Assembly (NCBI GenBank): GCA_963739785.1
Contig: CAVUBO010000039.1
Coordinates: 49,088 to 113,087, forward strand
Source: an uncultured Actinomycetota bacterium
Lineage (GTDB): Bacteria; Actinomycetota; Actinomycetes; Propionibacteriales; Nocardioidaceae
Length of the DNA: 64,000 nucleotides
Direction: 5' to 3'
Shown in pieces: positions 58,539 through 64,000 of the stretch. Below the pieces are notes generated by a model. That model was not told where the DNA came from. It was given only the letters and a program-made list of their open reading frames with translations, and did not search any database. Made by a program: the position numbers and the translations under genes. How positions within the stretch are numbered: the first letter of the stretch is position 1; every line of letters begins with the position of its first letter.

Positions 58539-58616
58539 ATGGCGGCGAAGAGGAGATGGGGCGACCTGACAAGCACGCTGCGGAAGGCCGTCCTTGCCTT
58601 CGGCAGACGGCCATGA
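58539..58616 (+). CDS. Candidate leaderless 25-aa upstream ORF
   Basis: TAGCGT 6 nt before ATG; MAAKRRWGDLTSTLRKAVLAFGRRP*; stop overlaps the next ATG (ATGA). Confidence 0.4.
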   Translation: MAAKRRWGDLTSTLRKAVLAFGRRP

Positions 58617-59038
58617 TGCGCATCACTCCCAGCCGGACCTGGGTCAAACCCGGGATCGTGGCGAGCTCGGTGGCTCTGCTGGTCGGCGCAGGAGCCGCCG
58701 CTGCCTTCGAGTCCGACACCGTCGGGTCCTACGGGCGGGGCCTGTGGTGGGCGATCAGCCTCATGACGACGGTCGGCTACATAGGGGCGCCGCCGAAGAC
58801 CACAGAGGGGGCGGTCCTCTCCGTCGTGCTCATGGTGACCGGCTTCGCGCTCTTGTCACTGGTGAGCGCCGCGTTGGCGTCGCTGTTCGTCAAGCAGGAC
58901 GAGGCCCCTGTGCAGCGTCGAGAGGTCGTCGCCGACGAGGAGATCCTGGGTGCGCTGACCGCCATCCTCGAGCGGCTCGAGGCCCTCGAGAGCCGCATGC
59001 CGGGAACGGAGAGGCATCGGCCGCCACCCGGCGCCTGA
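58613..59038 (+). CDS. Two-TM potassium-channel-family protein (KcsA-like)
   Basis: GLWWAISLMTTVGY pore helix, P.T..G, second TM helix, coiled-coil tail. Confidence 0.8.
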   Translation: MMRITPSRTWVKPGIVASSVALLVGAGAAAAFESDTVGSYGRGLWWAISLMTTVGYIGAPPKTTEGAVLSVVLMVTGFALLSLVSAALASLFVKQDEAPVQRREVVADEEILGALTAILERLEALESRMPGTERHRPPPGA

Positions 59039-59104
59039 CCGCACTCCCGCGTCTCACGCCGACTGGTATCGACATCGGCCCGCAGTGGCGGCCGGCCCTT
59101 CGAC

Positions 59105-59509
59105 TCAACAGGTGTCGGCGACTGCGGTGCCCAGGTCGTCGATCGCGGAACCGACGCTCTGGACGTCGACCTTCACTGCCGACAGCGTCTCCGCCGACGG
59201 CGCATCGACTGCGGCGGTGACGCTCGACTTCAGCCCGGAGAAGTCGGCATTCAGCTTGTCGATCTGCGTCGAGTACTGCGACGAGGCGTCGTCGGCAAGC
59301 TGCTGGAGCTCGGTCTGCATCTCCTTGAGCTCGGTCTTGACCTTGCTCAAGCCGTCCTCGCCCGCATCGGTGTTCTTCAGCGTGTCGACCGACTCCTGCA
59401 GCGCATCGACGTCCTCGCAGACCGCCGGCTGGCCGCCGCACCCACCCAACCCGGAGCCGAGTACGACGAGGGAGGACAAGGCTGCGGCGGTGCGACGGAT
59501 GCTTCTCAT
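59105..59509 (-). CDS. Helical lipoprotein
   Basis: Signal peptide with lipobox LGGC; two further Cys; amphipathic helices. Confidence 0.8.
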   Translation of the reverse strand: MRSIRRTAAALSSLVVLGSGLGGCGGQPAVCEDVDALQESVDTLKNTDAGEDGLSKVKTELKEMQTELQQLADDASSQYSTQIDKLNADFSGLKSSVTAAVDAPSAETLSAVKVDVQSVGSAIDDLGTAVADTC

Positions 59510-59542
59510 GACCCCAGACTCGGGTGGGACGGCCGCAGCTCA

Positions 59543-59561
59543 CATCCTCCGCGGAGGGTGA
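59543..59561 (-). promoter_or_regulatory. Palindromic promoter motif, copy 3
   Basis: TCACCC-TCCGC-GGAGGA-TG on the minus strand, 21 nt upstream of GAGTCT, which is 6 nt before the lipoprotein ATG. Confidence 0.55.
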
Positions 59562-59744
59562 GACACACGGGGGCGCCGGGCATGGAGACGCCGACCGGCC
59601 TGACGGGGGATACAGGCCGATCGGCGTGACTCCAGTCTCTCGCTCCGCAACCCCTCACACCCGGTACGCACGCACGAACTTGACTAGTGCGAAAGGGCTA
59701 GTGCAGCCGGGCTATGGGGGACACGGGGGACACGCCTACACGCC

Positions 59745-62522
59745 TCACACGCCCGACGGCCCCGGCAGCCACAGCGTGACGAGCGTCCCGCCGTCATCGC
59801 GGTTGCGGATCGAGCACCGACCGCCGGCCACTGCTGCCCTGTCCTGCATGTTGAAGAGACCACGATGTCCCGGCGCAGACCCGACGGGCTCGGGGCCGAC
59901 GCCGATGCCGTCGTCGGCTACGGCCACCTCGAGGCCACCCTCCCGACCCGCGATGGTGATCGTGGCGTTCTTCGCGTAGGCGTGCTTCCGGACGTTCCGC
60001 ATCGCTTCCTTGGCGATGCGGTAGGCGATGGCGCGGCTCGTGTCGGGGACGTCGGGTTCGCGGTCCCCGTCGACGGTCCAGGTGAGATCGCTGCCCTCGA
60101 AGATCTCTTCGGCCGCCGTGAACAGAGCGCCGGTCAGCCCGTGCTGGAGATCGGGGGGCTCCAGGTCGAAGAGGAGGGCGCGCAGCCGCCCCGTGGCGCC
60201 CGACACGCTCTCCTGCAGCGGCTCGAGGGTCGCAAGAAGGGGCGGCGCGTGCTCACGCACCTGACGTCTCAGCAGCCCCAGCCGGAGATCGACCGCAGCA
60301 AGCGCCTGCACGGGGTCGTCGTGGACGTCGGCTGCGATCTGCGCCCGCTCGGCGTCCTGGGCGTCCACGAGCCTGGTGAGCAGAGCTTGCCGTTGCTCGG
60401 CGAGCTCGCGCAAGGTCGTCTCGGCATCCCGGCGGTCGGTGATGTCGCGCTGAACCGTGGCCAGGGCGAACGGCTCACCGGTTTCGGAGTCGCGCATCAG
60501 GAAGCTGGCGATGGCGACCGGGATCGGCGGTCCACGGTGGTTGAGCAACGTGGACTCGCCCTCCCAGTGCCCGTTCGCGATGACCGCGGGCTGTTCGATC
60601 CGGACGGAGGCGTCATGCCCCTCGGGGGTCAGGTAGTCGTCGATGGTCGTGGTGGTGACGTCTATGCCAGGGTCCATGCCGATCAGCTCCCGTCCCTGCG
60701 GGTTGACGTACTTGACCCGGCCGTCGAGATCTGCGATCGCGATGAAGTCCGGTGAGGCCTCCACGAGCGCCTTGAACTCCTTCAGCTCGGAGTTCGCCGA
60801 ACGCAGCGCGGCCTCGGTAGCTCGCAGCTCGGTCACGTCCTGGCCGATCCAGGCGGTCCCCAGAGCGGCTCCGGAGTCTGGGTGCGAGAGGCGGAAGACG
60901 TCCAGGCGTGCGACGACGTCGGGGGACACCGAGAGGGTCGCGTCACCGGACCATCGGCCGGCGGTCTCCAGGGCGCGGTGTATCTCGTCCTTGTCCGGCT
61001 CCGTGACGTTGGCGGCCACCGACGCCCACAGGTCGTCGCTGACCAGGGATACGCCTGCATGGTGGATCCGGGGGTTGACGTAGATGACGCGGTCGTCGTC
61101 GTCGGAGATGGCGATCAGGTTCTCTGACGCGTCCGCCAGCGCCTGGAACTTCACCAGCTGCTCCCTGGCCTCGGTCTGCGCCTTCAGGAGCAACGCGTTG
61201 TCGAGCGCGAGCGCGAGTCTCTCCGACAGCTCAGTGACCAAGCTGATGTCCTCGGAGCTGAACTCGCCCATCACGTCGCCGCGCGCGAGGTCGATCACGC
61301 CGATGAGGAGGCCCCGAGAGCGAAGGGGCACCCGCAGCCCTGTGCGGAGGGAGTACCGCCTGGCGAGATCGGTGAGGAGCTGCCCGGGGACGCTGCCGGA
61401 CTCAGCGGGGCCGGTCAGGTCGAAGACCTTCGGCGCCATCAGGCGCTCCACGGCAGCCGCATCCAGGTGGTTCGGTGGATCCGGCCGTTTCGGTGAGTCG
61501 TAGGACGGTGCCCTCAGGCCGCGGCCGAGCCATACGGCTCCGAGCTGCAGCTGCCCGGCGTCGGGGTCGCAGACCCAGATCTCCCCGACGTCGGCGACCG
61601 CCTCGGTCACCGAGCGGACCGCGACCCGCAGCAGCGCCTCGGGGTCCGCCACCTCGCGGGACAGCGCGGACGAGAGGTCCGCGAGGAGACCTGTTCGCTC
61701 CCTCGCAGCGCGCGCCTCGCGCTCGATCCGCCTCTGCTCCGTCACGTCGGTGGCGACCCCCGTGGCCCCCACGACCACGCCGTTCTCGTCGAGCCCGGGC
61801 TGGTAGTCGACCCAGAGCCGCCGGCCCTGGAACTCCCGCTCCACGGTGAACGCCTCGCCGGCCAGGACGCGGCGTATCGAGACCAGTGCCGCCTGGTCGC
61901 GCCCATAGACCTCGAGGAGGTTCCGGCCGACCAGCTCACCCGGCTTCAGCCCGAGGTCCTTCAGCCCTGATCCGGTCGAGAGCGTGCACCGGCCGCTGGT
62001 GTCGAAGCCGAAGACGACCTGCGGGCCGATCGCCGGGCCGAGCTCGACCTCCTGCCGCCCGCGGTGCTCCGGCACCTGCTTGCCTTGAGGTCTGTGGGGC
62101 GTGCGCAGGAGCGCCCTCACCCCACCGGTGGCCTCGGGGCTCGCCAGGACCACCTCGCCGGAGGCGCAACGCGCCAGGAGATCGGGTAGCGCGTCCCCCA
62201 CGTGCCCTTTCGTCAGGTACCCGACAGCGCCGGCTCGCACCATCTCCTCCACGACCGCGGACCGGGCCTCTGCCGAGATGGCCACCACGACCGGCGGAAC
62301 AGTCAGCGCGGTGAGCGACTCAGCTGCGCCCGGTCCGCCACCGGGCATGTGGACATCGAGCAGCACGACGTCGGGCTGGAGCTCCTCGGCCAGGCGCAAG
62401 GCAGCGTGGCCGTCGGCAGCGGTGCCGACCACGGCGAAGCGGGGGTCGTCCTCGATGACGCTGACGAGAGCCGACAGCATCTCGAGATGGTCATCGGCGA
62501 CGAGGACCCGGATGCGTCGCAT
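59745..62522 (-). CDS. Soluble hybrid sensor kinase: REC-PAS-GAF-PAS-PAS-HisKA_3-HATPase
   Basis: RVLVADDH...LLDVHMP receiver; DVTE/DITD PAC ends; ERAQIAADVHD H-box; EAMRNVRKHA N-box; DDGIG and HRGL G-boxes. Confidence 0.9.
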   Translation of the reverse strand: MRRIRVLVADDHLEMLSALVSVIEDDPRFAVVGTAADGHAALRLAEELQPDVVLLDVHMPGGGPGAAESLTALTVPPVVVAISAEARSAVVEEMVRAGAVGYLTKGHVGDALPDLLARCASGEVVLASPEATGGVRALLRTPHRPQGKQVPEHRGRQEVELGPAIGPQVVFGFDTSGRCTLSTGSGLKDLGLKPGELVGRNLLEVYGRDQAALVSIRRVLAGEAFTVEREFQGRRLWVDYQPGLDENGVVVGATGVATDVTEQRRIEREARAARERTGLLADLSSALSREVADPEALLRVAVRSVTEAVADVGEIWVCDPDAGQLQLGAVWLGRGLRAPSYDSPKRPDPPNHLDAAAVERLMAPKVFDLTGPAESGSVPGQLLTDLARRYSLRTGLRVPLRSRGLLIGVIDLARGDVMGEFSSEDISLVTELSERLALALDNALLLKAQTEAREQLVKFQALADASENLIAISDDDDRVIYVNPRIHHAGVSLVSDDLWASVAANVTEPDKDEIHRALETAGRWSGDATLSVSPDVVARLDVFRLSHPDSGAALGTAWIGQDVTELRATEAALRSANSELKEFKALVEASPDFIAIADLDGRVKYVNPQGRELIGMDPGIDVTTTTIDDYLTPEGHDASVRIEQPAVIANGHWEGESTLLNHRGPPIPVAIASFLMRDSETGEPFALATVQRDITDRRDAETTLRELAEQRQALLTRLVDAQDAERAQIAADVHDDPVQALAAVDLRLGLLRRQVREHAPPLLATLEPLQESVSGATGRLRALLFDLEPPDLQHGLTGALFTAAEEIFEGSDLTWTVDGDREPDVPDTSRAIAYRIAKEAMRNVRKHAYAKNATITIAGREGGLEVAVADDGIGVGPEPVGSAPGHRGLFNMQDRAAVAGGRCSIRNRDDGGTLVTLWLPGPSGV

Positions 62523-62693
62523 TCTGCTCCCAACCTGGACGGGTTCGCGGTTTCGCGACGACTTTCATGATGCACGACCCGGGTGGGGGTCGCACGGGTT
62601 ACGAGGCGCCGGGGGACCTCCGCCTGCATACTGGGATGTGGCAGACGTCACGAGCGTCCAGGGGGTGGCCATGTGCAGGGGGAGGAATCGGCT

Positions 62694-63380
62694 GTGAGCC
62701 AGGAGACAGCGCCCGCGACCGAGGGGCAGTGGAGCGGCACTGGCCGACCGATCCGGGTCCTGATCGTCGACGATCACGAGGTGCTGGCAGCGAGCCTCGG
62801 GCACGTTCTCGACGACGAGCCGGACATGGTGTCGGTGGGGTGGGCCCAGACCCTGGCGCAGGGCCGGGCGCGTGTGACGAGTGCCGCCCCCGACGTACTC
62901 CTCCTCGACCGCCGGCTCCCGGACGGCGACGGCGTCGCCGCCATACCGGAGCTGCGGGCCCTGCGCCCCAGCATGAATGTGGTCGTCCTGACCGCGGCAG
63001 TGGCCGACCAGGTCCTGGTCGAGGCGATCGAGGCCGGCGCGGCGGGCTTCGTCTCGAAGACGCGCGGCCTCGCCGAGGTGACCGCGGCCGTGCGGGCAGC
63101 TGCTGCGGGGGAGGCAGTCATCTCTCCCGAGCTTCTGTCGCGGCTGCTGCCCAAGCTGAGCCGGGCCCCCGGCCCCGAGACCCTCTTGACCCGGCGCGAG
63201 CAAGAGGTGCTCAACATGCTGGCGCAGGGTCTCTCGAACGCCGCCATCGCCGAGAAGCTGACGGTCAGCGTCAACACGGTGCGCAACCACATCGCGAACC
63301 TCTCCGCGAAGCTCGGCGCGCACAGCAAGCTCGAGGCGCTCTCCATAGCCGTACGCCGAGGGTTGGTCCATCAGTACTAG
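62694..63380 (+). CDS. NarL/LuxR family response regulator
   Basis: RVLIVDDH, DVLLLD..LPD, LTRREQEVL...GLSN..IA...TVRNH; SD GGAGG. Confidence 0.93.
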   Translation: MSQETAPATEGQWSGTGRPIRVLIVDDHEVLAASLGHVLDDEPDMVSVGWAQTLAQGRARVTSAAPDVLLLDRRLPDGDGVAAIPELRALRPSMNVVVLTAAVADQVLVEAIEAGAAGFVSKTRGLAEVTAAVRAAAAGEAVISPELLSRLLPKLSRAPGPETLLTRREQEVLNMLAQGLSNAAIAEKLTVSVNTVRNHIANLSAKLGAHSKLEALSIAVRRGLVHQY

Positions 63381-63398
63381 CCGCAGGGGCGCACATGT

Positions 63399-63422
63399 CT
63401 CTGCGCGCATGCGCGCACAGAG
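63399..63422. terminator. Hairpin downstream of the response regulator
   Basis: CTCT-GCGCGC-AT-GCGCGC-AC-AGAG inverted repeat between convergent genes. Confidence 0.45.
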
Positions 63423-63595
63423 GCGCAGCATGGAAGGGCAGTACCGGGCCGCACGGTCCTCCAAGCCCCCGAGGAAGACGTGCTCCGGGAAGGCCGCGAG
63501 TCGCGCCGGGGAGGTCGGCGAAAGCGCTCCGAACCGGGCGCGTCCCCTGTTTCGCAGGACCCGGCGCGCTCGCGGCGGCACGGACCGGGAGATCC

Positions 63596-64000
63596 TCACT
63601 CGGGGTCCCGGCGCAGCTGGCCGACGGTCCGGGGGAGTGGTTCGAAGCCAGGGGTGGTGGCGAGGTTGACGTTGAGGGCCGCGACCGCTCGGGCGTGGGC
63701 CCGCCGTAGCCCGGTCGGCTGCAGCGGCATGCCGGCCGGTCGTCGTACGCCGGCCCCGTCGTGGTTGGCGGCCAGGGACACCCACAGCGACTTGGTGCGC
63801 GGCGCCTTCGCGGTGAGAACCTCTCGAACCTCGAGCCAGTGCTTCAAGGTCGCGACGGCGGAGCCGGAGAGGTGCACGGTCCTTGGCGCGGGGAGGCTGC
63901 GGGTCGACGGCGGGCGTGGCTGATAGGTCACACTGCCGGCCACGAGGTCGAGGTCGGCGGGCACGAGTGCGGTCAGCTCGCCGCTGCGCATCCCTGCCTC
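63596..64000 (-). CDS. Tyrosine-recombinase-like protein, C-terminal part (5' end outside the window)
   Basis: AGMRSGELTAL...DLD box I, RTVHL.....L..WL..R and SLWVS integrase-like segments; stops after GQLRRDPE. Confidence 0.65.
   Translation of the reverse strand, partial: EAGMRSGELTALVPADLDLVAGSVTYQPRPPSTRSLPAPRTVHLSGSAVATLKHWLEVREVLTAKAPRTKSLWVSLAANHDGAGVRRPAGMPLQPTGLRRAHARAVAALNVNLATTPGFEPLPRTVGQLRRDPE

Overview
High-GC actinobacterial chromosome segment; gene content and order resemble Nocardioidaceae (inferred). About 67 real CDSs, mostly housekeeping: biotin ECF transporter operon with acyl-CoA ligase and thiolase, ABC-F, moaA, fabG-fabI, serB, cobQ/cobT/cobA, def, a fadE24-fadE23-like pair, galK, guaB1, BCCT and CPA2 transporters, a two-component pair, and a tyrosine-recombinase-like gene at the right edge. 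No rRNA, tRNA, CRISPR array or intact IS element was seen. Best candidate for an undescribed system: a cyanophycin locus (cphB-cphA) facing a second CphA paralogue that keeps the N domain and all Mur-ligase (M) motifs but lacks the ~330-aa ATP-grasp domain, the mirror image of CphA2. Other candidates: (1) a processive GT2 plus a 56-aa sorting-signal-like peptide with a structured leader, inserted into the biotin operon; (2) a TCACCC-N5-GGGTGA-TG-like motif 20-21 nt upstream of the -10 box of three neighbouring envelope-gene promoters; (3) two unannotated small ORFs; (4) a K-channel-like protein with a non-canonical filter; (5) a REP-like in-frame insertion. Seven single-base indels between 24.1 and 31.5 kb (cphB, TSUP gene, cobQ) look like sequencing errors. 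All family calls come from motif recognition by eye; no searches were run.
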